The position numbers were made by a program, and so were the translations under genes. This document shows positions 44,708 through 53,652 of a stretch of 64,000 nucleotides of DNA, piece after piece. This DNA is from an uncultured Candidatus Binatia bacterium. GTDB taxonomy: Bacteria; Desulfobacterota; Binatia; UBA9968; JAJDTQ01. Position 1 is the stretch's first letter. Each line of letters starts with the position of its first letter. The notes below the pieces were generated by a model, which saw nothing but the letters and a program-made list of their open reading frames with translations, did no database searches and was not told where the DNA came from. The stretch spans positions 2,112,001-2,176,000 of the forward strand of contig OZ243916.1 in assembly GCA_965213675.1 (NCBI GenBank), in the 5' to 3' direction.

Positions 44708-47700
44708 AAAATCGCTTCCTCTCGGCCTGCATCGCGCTGGACCTGGAGGTCGGCAAACGCGATGAGGTCATTCGCGCCTTCGGCGCGGTTCGGCTGGACA
44801 CCGGCGAACGGTGTGTCCACTCAGGCGACGGCCTGGACGCGGCGCTGGACAGACTCGACGACTTCGCTGGCGGGGCGTCCTTCATCCTCGGACACAACCT
44901 GATCGCCTTCGACCTGCCACACCTCCGGGCCGCGAAGCCCGACCTGGGGCTCCTTCGGTTGCCCGCGCTGGATACGTTGCGCCTCAACCCCCTCGCATTC
45001 CCGCGCAACCCCTATCACCATCTCGTCAAGCACTACCAGGACGGCGGGCTGCGACGCCGGCAGTTGAACGATCCGGAACTCGACGCCCGTCTGGCCATGG
45101 AGGTGTTCGGCGACCAGCGCCGGGCGCTCCGGGAGGCGGACGCCGATCTCCTGACGGCGTGGCACTGGCTCGTCACTCCGGACGCGGAGGGCCAGGACCG
45201 GGCACTGGACGTACTGTTCGAGGACATCCGAGGCGGCGTGCCCCGTCCATCGGACGCGGAAGCACGCGAGGCCATCCGAGGGCGGCTGGAAGGCGCGGGA
45301 TGCGCGGTCCAGGCCACCGAAATCGTGGCGGCCCAGTCCATGACAGCAGTTCACGCCGCGGCGGCGGCCCAGTCCATGGTAGCGGACCATGCCGGCGCAC
45401 CCGTTCAAGACCCCAAGCCGGCAGCAACGGCCGTCTCCCGCTGGTCTCTGGCCTACGCCCTGGCGTGGCTGTCCGTCGCGGGCGGGAACTCGGTCATGCC
45501 TCCCTGGGTGCGCCATCAGTTCCCGGAGGCGGGGCGGCTGGTACGACTTCTGCGGGACACGGCCTGCGCGGACTCCGCGTGCGGCTGGTGCCGGGAGCGC
45601 CACGACCCGCGCAAGGAGCTCAAACGCTGGTTCGGCTTCGACGACTTCCGCCCCGAGCCCGTGGACGATGAGGGGTGGCCCATGCAGCGCACCATCGTCA
45701 AGGCCGCCATGGAGGGCCGGCACCTGCTCGGCATCCTGCCCACAGGCACGGGCAAGTCGCTGTGCTACCAGATCCCGGCGCTGTCTCGTTACTACAAGAC
45801 CGGCGCGCTCACGGTGGTGATTTCGCCGCTGGTGGCGCTCATGGCGGACCAGGTGGCTGGCATGGAGGCCCGCGGCATCGACTGCTGCGTAGCGGTGACC
45901 GGGCTCTTGTCCATGCCTGAGCGCGCCAACGCGCTGGACCGGGTGCGGCTGGGGGATGCGGGGATTCTGCTGATCTCGCCCGAGCAACTGCGCGCGCCGT
46001 CGCTGCGCCGCGCCCTGGCCCAGCGGGAGGTCGGCGCCTGGGTACTGGACGAGGCCCACTGTCTCTCGCGCTGGGGCCACGACTTCCGTCCCGACTATAT
46101 CTACGTGGGCCGATTCATCCGGGAGAAGTGTGCGGGCGGCCCGGTGCCGCCGGTACTGGGTCTCACCGCCACCGCCAAGCCGGACGTGGTGAACGACATC
46201 ACCCACCACTTCCGGGACCGCCTCGGTATCGAACTGGCTCTCGTCAACGGTGGCGTGCAGCGCTCGAACCTCACCTTCGAGGTCATGCCCACCGCGAGCG
46301 CCGAAAAATTCGCGGACATCCATGAGGTGCTGACGCAGCATCTGCCGCCGGACGCTCCCGGCGGGGCCATCGTCTACTGCGCCACGCGGCAACAGAGCGA
46401 AGACGTGGCGGAGTTCCTGCAACTCAAGGGCGTCAGCGGGGATCGCTTCCACGCCGGCCTCCCGCCAGAGACCCGGAAGGACGTGCAACGGCGCTTCATC
46501 GACGGCGAGTTGCGCGCCATCGTCGCCACCAACGCTTTCGGCATGGGCATCGACAAGCCCGATGTCCGGTTGGTGATCCACGCCGACATCCCGGGCTCGC
46601 TGGAGAACTACCTCCAGGAGGCGGGCCGTGCCGGCCGCGACCGGGCCGAGGCCCGTTGTGTGCTGCTGTACGCGCCCGAGGATGTGGAGCGGCAGTTCGG
46701 GATGTCCGCGCGTTCGCGCCTGACACGGCCGGAGATCCACGGCATCCTGCGAGCGCTGCACAAACTGGACCGCCGGAAACGCCTTGGCGGCGAAGTGGTG
46801 GCCACGGCGGGTGAAATCCTCGGCGAGGACGAGGAGCAACTGTTCGAGCGCGACTCCGTCACCGATGACACCCGCGTACGCATCGCGGTGGCCTGGTTGG
46901 AAGAGGCCCGGTTGCTGACGCGGGAGGAGAACCGGGTGCAGGTGTTTCCGTCTTCGCTGCGGGTGCGCTCGGCCGCGGAAATTCGCGAACGCCTCCGCGA
47001 CGCGCACATCACCAACGACTATCGCGGGCGATTGGAACGTATGGCGGCAGCGCTGATCGACGCCAGACCCGACGAGGGGATCAGCACGGACGAGATGATG
47101 GAGGTTTCGGGGCTCAGCGCCGAGGGCGTGCGCAACGCGCTCTACGACCTGGAGAGGCTGGGAATCGCCAGCAATGACACGGCCCTGACTGCGTTCGTCC
47201 ACAAGGGCGTGGAGCGCTCGTCCGACAAGCGCCTCACGGCCAGCGCCGATCTGGAGGTGGCGCTCATCCGGCACATGCGCGAATCCGCGCCCGACATGGG
47301 AAGGAGCGACACCTCGTCGCTGCACTTGCGGATGGCAGCGCAGGTGCTTCGGGACGAAGGGTTGACCGATCCCTTGCCGGAGCGCTTGTGGCGCATCATA
47401 CGCGGCATTGGACGCGACGGGCGGGGCGAGGACGGAGCAGCCGGCAGCCTGACGGCGCGCAAGCTCGACGCGGAGACCGGGCGCGTGACGCTCCATCGTA
47501 GTTGGGATGCCTTGGAAGAGACCGCGCGAATCCGCCGCGCGGCCGCCCGCCTTCTGTTGGAGCACCTTCTGGCGTGTCTGCCGCCATCGGTCCGAGGTGT
47601 CGATCTGCTGGCGGAAACGACGCTGGGCAAGCTCACTCAGGCCATGCATGCCGACCTGGAGATCAAGAGCCGGATCCGGTTTCCCGCCAAGCTGCTGGAC

Positions 47701-49935
47701 CGCGCGCTACTCTGGCTGCACGAGATGGAAGTCATCCGTCTCAACAAGGGGCTGACGGTCTTTCGTCCGGCCATGACGCTTCGCCTGCAGCAGGAGCGGC
47801 GCGGTTTCACCAACGCCGACTTCGCGCCCCTCGCCCTGCACTACAAGGGCAAGACTCTTCAGATCCACGTCATGGTGGAATTCGCCGAGCGCGGCCTGAA
47901 GGCCGTGACCGAGGCCACCCGCATGGCCATGGACTACTTCGCCCTCAAGCAGGAAGACTTTCTGGGCCGCTGGTTGCCTGACCGCAACCGCGAGATCAGC
48001 CGGCAGACCACACCCGCGTCGTGGCAGGCCATCGTCGAGAATCTCAATCATCCGATCCAGCAGCGCATCGTCGCCGACGACCGCGAGCAGACCAACGTGC
48101 TGGTGCTCGCGGGGCCGGGTTCGGGCAAGACCCGCGTGCTGGTGCACCGCATCGCCTACCTCATACGCGCGCGGCGGGAGAACGCCCGCGGCATCCTGGC
48201 GCTGGCCTACAACCGGCATGCCGCGGTGGACATTCGCCGCCGGCTCGGGGAGTTGATCGGCGACGACGCGCGCGGCGTCACCGTGCTCACCTGCCACGCC
48301 CTGGCCATGCGCCTGGCGGGCGCCAGCTTCACGCGACGGGCGGAGCGTCTCCATGACGGCGTGTTCGATGAAATCCTGCGCCGAGCCGTGGCTTTGTTGC
48401 GCGGCGAAGGGCTTCCGCCGGACGACGCCGACGAGCAGCGCGCGCGCCTGCTGGCTGGGTTTCGCTGGATCCTGGTGGACGAATACCAGGATATCGCCGC
48501 GGATCAGTATGACCTGATCTCGGCCCTGGCGGGGCGCACCCTTGACGACGACTCCGGCAAGCTCACTCTGTTCGCGGTGGGAGACGACGACCAGAACATC
48601 TACGCATTCAACGGCGCTTCGGTGGAGTTCATCCGTCGTTTCGAGGAGGACTACAAGGCGAAGCCCATCCACTTGGTGGAAAACTACCGTTCCACCGCCC
48701 ACATCATCCACTGCGCCAACGCCGTGATCCGCCCCTCCGGGCAGCGGATGAAAGCCGAGCACCCCATTCGCGTCAACGCGGCGCGCGCGCAGGACCCGCC
48801 CGGCGGGACCTGGCAGGACCTGGACCCCGTGGGGCAGGGACGCGTACAGATCCTGCCGGTCCCACCTGCTGCGGACCCGCGGGATCCCGTGGCCCAGGCG
48901 CAGGTGGTCATGGCCGAGTTGCAACGGCTCGCGGCCCTGGCGCCGGGCTGGGACTGGGCACGGTGCGCCGTGATCGCGCGCGAGTGGAGCTACCTCGCGC
49001 CGGTGCGCGCCTACTGTGAGCACCACGACATTCCCGTGCAGATGGGCAATGAAGAGATACCCACGTTCTGGCTCCTGCGCGAAACCCGCCGCTTCGTCCA
49101 ATGGCTGCGCGGACGGGAAGCAGGGCTCGTGCACGGCGACGATCTGGTTGGTTGGGTGGAAGCGCAACGGTCCACGGAACCCGACAACCGCTGGCACGAA
49201 CTGCTGCGTCAGGCCATCGACGAGCACGCGCTGGAGACCGGCGGCGGCGAGTCCACCATCGATCACCTCATCGAGTGGTTGGCTGAGTGGGGCCGGGAAA
49301 TTCGCCGCCGGCAACGCGGCCTGCTCCTCGTCACGGCCCATCGGGCCAAGGGGCTTGAGTTCGATCACGTGATCGTACTCGACGGCGGCTGGGAGCGCGT
49401 CGGACCCGACGAGGATCCCGACGCGCCGAGACGATTGTACTACGTGGCCATGACGCGGGCGCGCGCGACCCTCGCGCTGGCGCGCTTTGCGGGGGATCAC
49501 CCGTTTCAGGATGTATTGCTCCAACAAAGTTCCGTGCTGCGCCGCGAACCCACCATGCTGCCGCCCGGCCCTGGGGCGCTTCGACACCGCCACATCCAGC
49601 CCAGTCTCCGCGACGTGGACCTGGGTTTTGCCGGCCGCCGTGGCGCACAGGATCGGGTGCACCGCGCCATCGCCGCGCTGTCGCCCGGGGACGCCCTCGG
49701 AACACGCGTGGCGGACACACGCCGCTGGGAACTGTTGGACGGCAAGGGTGCGGTGGTGGGGCGCCTTGCCGCAAGCTTCAAGCCGCCTTCCGGCATGCGC
49801 TGCCGGTCCGCCGCCGTACTCGCCGTCATCGAGTGGAACCGCGAGATTACCGACCCGAAGTACCGCGACGCCGCCCGGTGCGATTCCTGGGAAGTGGTGG
49901 TGCCGGAGTTGGTTTTCGAGCCAGGTGAAGCCTGA
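44698..49935 (+). CDS. 1745-aa fusion: DEDD-like exonuclease, RecQ (SF2) helicase and UvrD (SF1) helicase
   Basis: 'LDLE', 'GHNLIAFD'; RecQ 'LPTGTGKSLCYQIPAL', 'DEAHC.SRWGHDFRP', 'QEAGRAGRD'; UvrD 'LAGPGSGKT', 'VDEYQD', 'VGDDDQNIY', 'NYRS', 'HRAKGLEFD', 'YVAMTRAR'. Confidence 0.9.
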   Translation: MTEENRFLSACIALDLEVGKRDEVIRAFGAVRLDTGERCVHSGDGLDAALDRLDDFAGGASFILGHNLIAFDLPHLRAAKPDLGLLRLPALDTLRLNPLAFPRNPYHHLVKHYQDGGLRRRQLNDPELDARLAMEVFGDQRRALREADADLLTAWHWLVTPDAEGQDRALDVLFEDIRGGVPRPSDAEAREAIRGRLEGAGCAVQATEIVAAQSMTAVHAAAAAQSMVADHAGAPVQDPKPAATAVSRWSLAYALAWLSVAGGNSVMPPWVRHQFPEAGRLVRLLRDTACADSACGWCRERHDPRKELKRWFGFDDFRPEPVDDEGWPMQRTIVKAAMEGRHLLGILPTGTGKSLCYQIPALSRYYKTGALTVVISPLVALMADQVAGMEARGIDCCVAVTGLLSMPERANALDRVRLGDAGILLISPEQLRAPSLRRALAQREVGAWVLDEAHCLSRWGHDFRPDYIYVGRFIREKCAGGPVPPVLGLTATAKPDVVNDITHHFRDRLGIELALVNGGVQRSNLTFEVMPTASAEKFADIHEVLTQHLPPDAPGGAIVYCATRQQSEDVAEFLQLKGVSGDRFHAGLPPETRKDVQRRFIDGELRAIVATNAFGMGIDKPDVRLVIHADIPGSLENYLQEAGRAGRDRAEARCVLLYAPEDVERQFGMSARSRLTRPEIHGILRALHKLDRRKRLGGEVVATAGEILGEDEEQLFERDSVTDDTRVRIAVAWLEEARLLTREENRVQVFPSSLRVRSAAEIRERLRDAHITNDYRGRLERMAAALIDARPDEGISTDEMMEVSGLSAEGVRNALYDLERLGIASNDTALTAFVHKGVERSSDKRLTASADLEVALIRHMRESAPDMGRSDTSSLHLRMAAQVLRDEGLTDPLPERLWRIIRGIGRDGRGEDGAAGSLTARKLDAETGRVTLHRSWDALEETARIRRAAARLLLEHLLACLPPSVRGVDLLAETTLGKLTQAMHADLEIKSRIRFPAKLLDRALLWLHEMEVIRLNKGLTVFRPAMTLRLQQERRGFTNADFAPLALHYKGKTLQIHVMVEFAERGLKAVTEATRMAMDYFALKQEDFLGRWLPDRNREISRQTTPASWQAIVENLNHPIQQRIVADDREQTNVLVLAGPGSGKTRVLVHRIAYLIRARRENARGILALAYNRHAAVDIRRRLGELIGDDARGVTVLTCHALAMRLAGASFTRRAERLHDGVFDEILRRAVALLRGEGLPPDDADEQRARLLAGFRWILVDEYQDIAADQYDLISALAGRTLDDDSGKLTLFAVGDDDQNIYAFNGASVEFIRRFEEDYKAKPIHLVENYRSTAHIIHCANAVIRPSGQRMKAEHPIRVNAARAQDPPGGTWQDLDPVGQGRVQILPVPPAADPRDPVAQAQVVMAELQRLAALAPGWDWARCAVIAREWSYLAPVRAYCEHHDIPVQMGNEEIPTFWLLRETRRFVQWLRGREAGLVHGDDLVGWVEAQRSTEPDNRWHELLRQAIDEHALETGGGESTIDHLIEWLAEWGREIRRRQRGLLLVTAHRAKGLEFDHVIVLDGGWERVGPDEDPDAPRRLYYVAMTRARATLALARFAGDHPFQDVLLQQSSVLRREPTMLPPGPGALRHRHIQPSLRDVDLGFAGRRGAQDRVHRAIAALSPGDALGTRVADTRRWELLDGKGAVVGRLAASFKPPSGMRCRSAAVLAVIEWNREITDPKYRDAARCDSWEVVVPELVFEPGEA

Positions 49936-49980
49936 ACGATGCCCCAGGCGATTGCGGGCCATCGCACGACCTGATATGTA

Positions 49981-50004
49981 TACCCGTATTATATCATATG
50001 GGTA
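49981..50004. promoter_or_regulatory. Imperfect palindrome, probable autoregulatory operator/promoter of the vapBC pair
   Basis: TACCCGTAT-TATATC-ATATGGGTA in an AT-rich patch upstream of the antitoxin. Confidence 0.5.
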
Positions 50005-50091
50005 GCCATATTCCAGCGGCCATATTCCAGCGGCCATATTCCGGTTGGCATATTCAGGGCGTCATTTTCAGGGCGGCCCATATTCGAGGCG
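50005..50091 (+). repeat. Six-unit ~14-bp tandem repeat in the vapB leader
   Basis: GCCATATTCCAGCG twice, then four increasingly degenerate units. Confidence 0.85.
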
Positions 50092-50097
50092 ACCATC

Positions 50098-50343
50098 ATG
50101 AAGACGACCATCGAGATTTCCGACGAGCTCGCCGACACGGCGAAGGCCTATGCGGCCCGCAATCACATGACGTTGAGGTCACTGGTGGAACGCGGTTTGC
50201 GTGAGGTCATGCGCCAGGACCAGCAACGACCCGGCTTCAAGTTGAAGGATGCGAGCGTTGGCGGCCAAGGGTTGCGGACCGAGTATCGTGACGCGGATTG
50301 GTCGCGCATACGGGAGGAAGCGTACAAGGAACGGGGAAGTTGA
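50098..50343 (+). CDS. vapB: VapB-type (DUF2191-like) antitoxin
   Basis: 'MKTTIEISDEL...AK..A......TLRSLVERGLR'; overlaps the PIN toxin. Confidence 0.8.
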   Translation: MKTTIEISDELADTAKAYAARNHMTLRSLVERGLREVMRQDQQRPGFKLKDASVGGQGLRTEYRDADWSRIREEAYKERGS

Positions 50344-50774
50344 TTGCCACTGATACGAACATTCTCGTCTACGCGCATCGGATGGATTCGGAGTGGCATG
50401 AGAGGGCCAGATCCTGCATCGAACGTCTGGCGGAAGGACGCGTCACGTGGGGCATACCCTGGCCAGCGGTTCACGAGTTCCTGGCCATTGCCACCCACCC
50501 AAGGATCTACGATCCACCATCGACAATGGCAGACGCCGTGAAACAGGTCGAGGCGTGGCTCGAAGCGCCCGTCGCCGTGTTGTTGCACGAAGGCGTCGGG
50601 TACTGGGACGAACTCCAGCGGCAACTCTTCGCCTCTCAGGCGCGCGGCCCGTTGGTCCACGACGCCAGGATCGCCGCCCTCTGTATCGACCACGGTGTCA
50701 CGGAATTGTGGACGGTCGACCGCGACTTCAGCCGCTTCCCCGCACTTCCGATCCGCAACCCGTTGATGACCTGA
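50340..50774 (+). CDS. vapC: VapC PIN-domain toxin
   Basis: 'IATDTNILVYAH', 'EF', 'HDARIAALC', 'DRDFSRFP'; TTG start overlapping the vapB stop. Confidence 0.9.
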   Translation: MIATDTNILVYAHRMDSEWHERARSCIERLAEGRVTWGIPWPAVHEFLAIATHPRIYDPPSTMADAVKQVEAWLEAPVAVLLHEGVGYWDELQRQLFASQARGPLVHDARIAALCIDHGVTELWTVDRDFSRFPALPIRNPLMT

Positions 50775-50785
50775 CCAGGCACGCC

Positions 50786-51577
50786 ATGGGCACAGCCGAC
50801 CATCTCCGCTCATTCGTCGAAAACCGCGCCACGCAGCGCTGGATCACGCTCCTGATCGTGCTGAACGCGTTGGTGCTGGCGCTGGAAACCAGCCCGGCGG
50901 CCATGGCCGCGACGGGGAACGCGCTCAAGATAGCCGACCGGGTGATCCTCGGCGTGTTCGTGGTGGAGATCCTGCTCAAGATAGCGGGGCAGCGCCGCGA
51001 CTTCGTCCGCGATCCGTGGAACCACTTCGACACCCTGATTGTCGCCATCGCGCTGATTCCCGCCACCGAGTTTCTTTCGGTGATGCGCGCCCTTCGCATC
51101 CTGCGGGTGTTCCGGTTGATTTCCGCCGTGCCCTCCATGCGCCGCGTGGTCGGCGCGCTGCTCCACGCGGTGCCGGGCATGAGCTCGGTGGTGATGCTGC
51201 TGTCGGTAATCTATTTCGTGTTCTCGGTCATGGCCACCAACCTCTTCGGCAGCCAGTTTCCCGCGTGGTTCGGCAACATCGGCAGTTCCGCCTACACCCT
51301 GTTTCAGATCATGACCCTGGAAAGCTGGTCCATGGGCATCGTGCGGCCGGTGATGCAGGTGTTTCCACACGCATGGCTGTTCTTTGTCCCGTTCATCCTG
51401 ATTACGTCGTTCGCCGTGCTGAATCTGTTCATCGGCATCATCGTGGACGCGATGCAGACCCACGGCCACGAGACGACCGAGCCGCCCATGCGTTCCACCC
51501 CGGAACCATCGCTCGCGGAGATCCGGACGGAAATCCGCCAATTGCACGACGCGGTGGCCAGCCTGAAAAGGGAATAG
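50786..51577 (+). CDS. Bacterial voltage-gated sodium channel (BacNav) family protein
   Basis: S4 'RALRILRVFRLIS'; pore 'LFQIMTLESWSMGIVRP'; S6 'LNLFIGIIVDAM'; C-terminal coiled coil. Confidence 0.9.
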   Translation: MGTADHLRSFVENRATQRWITLLIVLNALVLALETSPAAMAATGNALKIADRVILGVFVVEILLKIAGQRRDFVRDPWNHFDTLIVAIALIPATEFLSVMRALRILRVFRLISAVPSMRRVVGALLHAVPGMSSVVMLLSVIYFVFSVMATNLFGSQFPAWFGNIGSSAYTLFQIMTLESWSMGIVRPVMQVFPHAWLFFVPFILITSFAVLNLFIGIIVDAMQTHGHETTEPPMRSTPEPSLAEIRTEIRQLHDAVASLKRE

Positions 51578-51616
51578 TGGATTATGGATCGGGGCCTGTG
51601 ACCAGCGCCAGCGAGT

Positions 51617-52630
51617 CTACTGCGGGTCTGGGGCCTGTTCCGACTCGCCCGCACCTCGGAATGCGTCGCTCAACGAAATGAACGCTCCGAAGAACACACC
51701 GCGGCTGCCGTCGGGTTCCCTGAAGTATACACTGTTGAAGCCCGTCACCAGGCGCGGATCGCCAGCCGCATCGGGCGACCCGGAGAGCTGGCCGCCCCAG
51801 TACCCGTCCAACACCGTGAGGGATCGCTCGGGATGCGTCAGGGTTGCTCCCTCGCCCTCGAAGGTCCCATCCGTCTCGAACGGGGTGGCGGCGAACTGCA
51901 TCACATAATCGTCGGTTGCAAAAACAGGCGCTTCGCCCAGGAATGCATTGATGGGGCGGTTGGGTCGGATAACGATATCCCCCTTACAGCCTATGCAACC
52001 CTCCAGGGTTCCCTGAGAGAAGTCCACTTCCAGCGTCATCGTCCCTCCGTAGGCCGCGCCCGCCAAGGTTCTTCGGACATCGTCGCCCCAGTCATCGCCG
52101 TACCCATACAGGAAGGCGCCCGCGGCGGCGCCCTCGTAACTGGCCTGTCCTTCCAACGGGAATGGAGCGCTGTTGGACAGGTCGATTTCCGGGCCATCCA
52201 CAAACAGGTACAGGGAGGTTCTCGGGTCCCAGAAGTCGAGAGCCGGAGGATGCTGATCGGGAAAGTGGAGCCACCATCCTCCTGCCAGATAGTCCTGCGG
52301 ATCATCACTGTTCCAACTTGTCAGGACCGAAGCGAGGGTCGTGCTGTCATGGGCCGTGTTGAGAAGCAGCCAACTCCGCCCCGAGTGGCCCGGAATGGTG
52401 GTCCTGTAGGCCGTGCTGCTTTCGACGTCCCTGGCGGTATTGAGCACCGGAAAGCCGTCCACATCAAGGTCGACGGTCAGCACCTCCCCGTCGAAACTCG
52501 TAATCCTTTGGAAATCGATACTGCCTTCGGACTCTTCCGGTGTCATCGCGTCACCGCCGCCGTGCATACCGCAACCGGCGGTCATGACCGGCAGAAGGAT
52601 GCCCAACAGAACGATTCGGATACGCTTCAT
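51617..52630 (-). CDS. Hypothetical lipoprotein, possibly with a TbpB-like C-terminal beta-barrel
   Basis: Lipobox 'TAGC'; 'DYLAGGWWLH', 'G.ASYEG.A.G', 'LEVDFSQGTLEG', 'G.WGGQ', terminal 'FFGAF'. Confidence 0.6.
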   Translation of the reverse strand: MKRIRIVLLGILLPVMTAGCGMHGGGDAMTPEESEGSIDFQRITSFDGEVLTVDLDVDGFPVLNTARDVESSTAYRTTIPGHSGRSWLLLNTAHDSTTLASVLTSWNSDDPQDYLAGGWWLHFPDQHPPALDFWDPRTSLYLFVDGPEIDLSNSAPFPLEGQASYEGAAAGAFLYGYGDDWGDDVRRTLAGAAYGGTMTLEVDFSQGTLEGCIGCKGDIVIRPNRPINAFLGEAPVFATDDYVMQFAATPFETDGTFEGEGATLTHPERSLTVLDGYWGGQLSGSPDAAGDPRLVTGFNSVYFREPDGSRGVFFGAFISLSDAFRGAGESEQAPDPQ

Positions 52631-52659
52631 TTTCGTTCCCCTCGGACTCGCCGTCCGGT

Positions 52660-53565
52660 TCAGACCCTTGATACCCCCGAGCCGGCGGGCGGCTGCGATT
52701 TGCCCGGGATCCACTCCACCTCCTTGCGCGGGCCGTGGGCGCGGACGGTAAAGCGGGCCTTGCCGAGCTTTTCGATGTCGATCTCCAGGGTGTCGCCGTT
52801 GTTCATCGGCCCAAGGCCCACGTGATAGGTACCGGTGGCGATGACGTCGCCGGGCTGAAGCTGCACGAAGCGCGACAGCCATGACACCAGTTCGGGGATC
52901 TTGTGGGCCATGTGGCGGGTGTTGTAGTCCTGCCGGGCCTCGCCGCCGACCCAGGATCTGACCGTGAGGTCGTGGGGATCGGGGACCTCGTCCGCGGTGG
53001 TGATCCAGGGCCCGCAGGGGCTGTGGCTACCCTGTCCCTTGGGCAGGAACTGGGTGCGGCGCACCATGCCGCGGTTGGAGATGTCGAAGAACGGCACGTA
53101 GCCGAACACCGCGTCCATGGCGCCGTCCTCGGACAGATTGCGGCCGCACGATCCCATGACGAAGGCCAGCTCGGCCTCGGGCTGGGTCACCGCCACCGCG
53201 GGGATGTCGGGCAACTCCACCACGCCGTCCGGCCCCACCAACTCGGGCGCCTTGTAGAAGAACTCGATGGGCAGGCTCTCCGGCGTGCGCTCCGGCGAGT
53301 CCAGATAGTTGACGAAGGCCGCCAGGCACTTGCTCGGCCTGGGGATGGGCGCCAGCAGCTTGACCACGCTCAGCGGGAAGCCCGACCCCTCGCGCAACAG
53401 CCGCTCGAACTCCTTTCGGTAGTCGTCAAAGTTGGCGATCACCTCTTCCATCACCCGCTGCGGACCCTTTTCCACGCGGTACTGGATGATGCCGCTCACG
53501 TCCACCACGTTGCTGCCGTTCTTGAGAACGCCGACGCGATCATCGTTGAAACGGAGAATTTTCAT
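52660..53565 (-). CDS. Fumarylacetoacetate hydrolase family protein
   Basis: 'EAELAFV.G', 'DISNR', 'PCGPWITT.DE', 'LQPGDVIATGT'. Confidence 0.88.
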   Translation of the reverse strand: MKILRFNDDRVGVLKNGSNVVDVSGIIQYRVEKGPQRVMEEVIANFDDYRKEFERLLREGSGFPLSVVKLLAPIPRPSKCLAAFVNYLDSPERTPESLPIEFFYKAPELVGPDGVVELPDIPAVAVTQPEAELAFVMGSCGRNLSEDGAMDAVFGYVPFFDISNRGMVRRTQFLPKGQGSHSPCGPWITTADEVPDPHDLTVRSWVGGEARQDYNTRHMAHKIPELVSWLSRFVQLQPGDVIATGTYHVGLGPMNNGDTLEIDIEKLGKARFTVRAHGPRKEVEWIPGKSQPPAGSGVSRV

Positions 53566-53652
53566 GGGAAGCGTTCCTTGCGTTGTGCCGCTGTGGTGGA
53601 CCCCGGCAGGGGCGACCAGCCGGTCGCCCTTCCATCGCCCACCGGAAAGCGT

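Noticed and set aside
50005-50091. CRISPR or iteron array
   Set aside because: Contiguous 14-bp units without spacers and no rep gene; treated as a VNTR.
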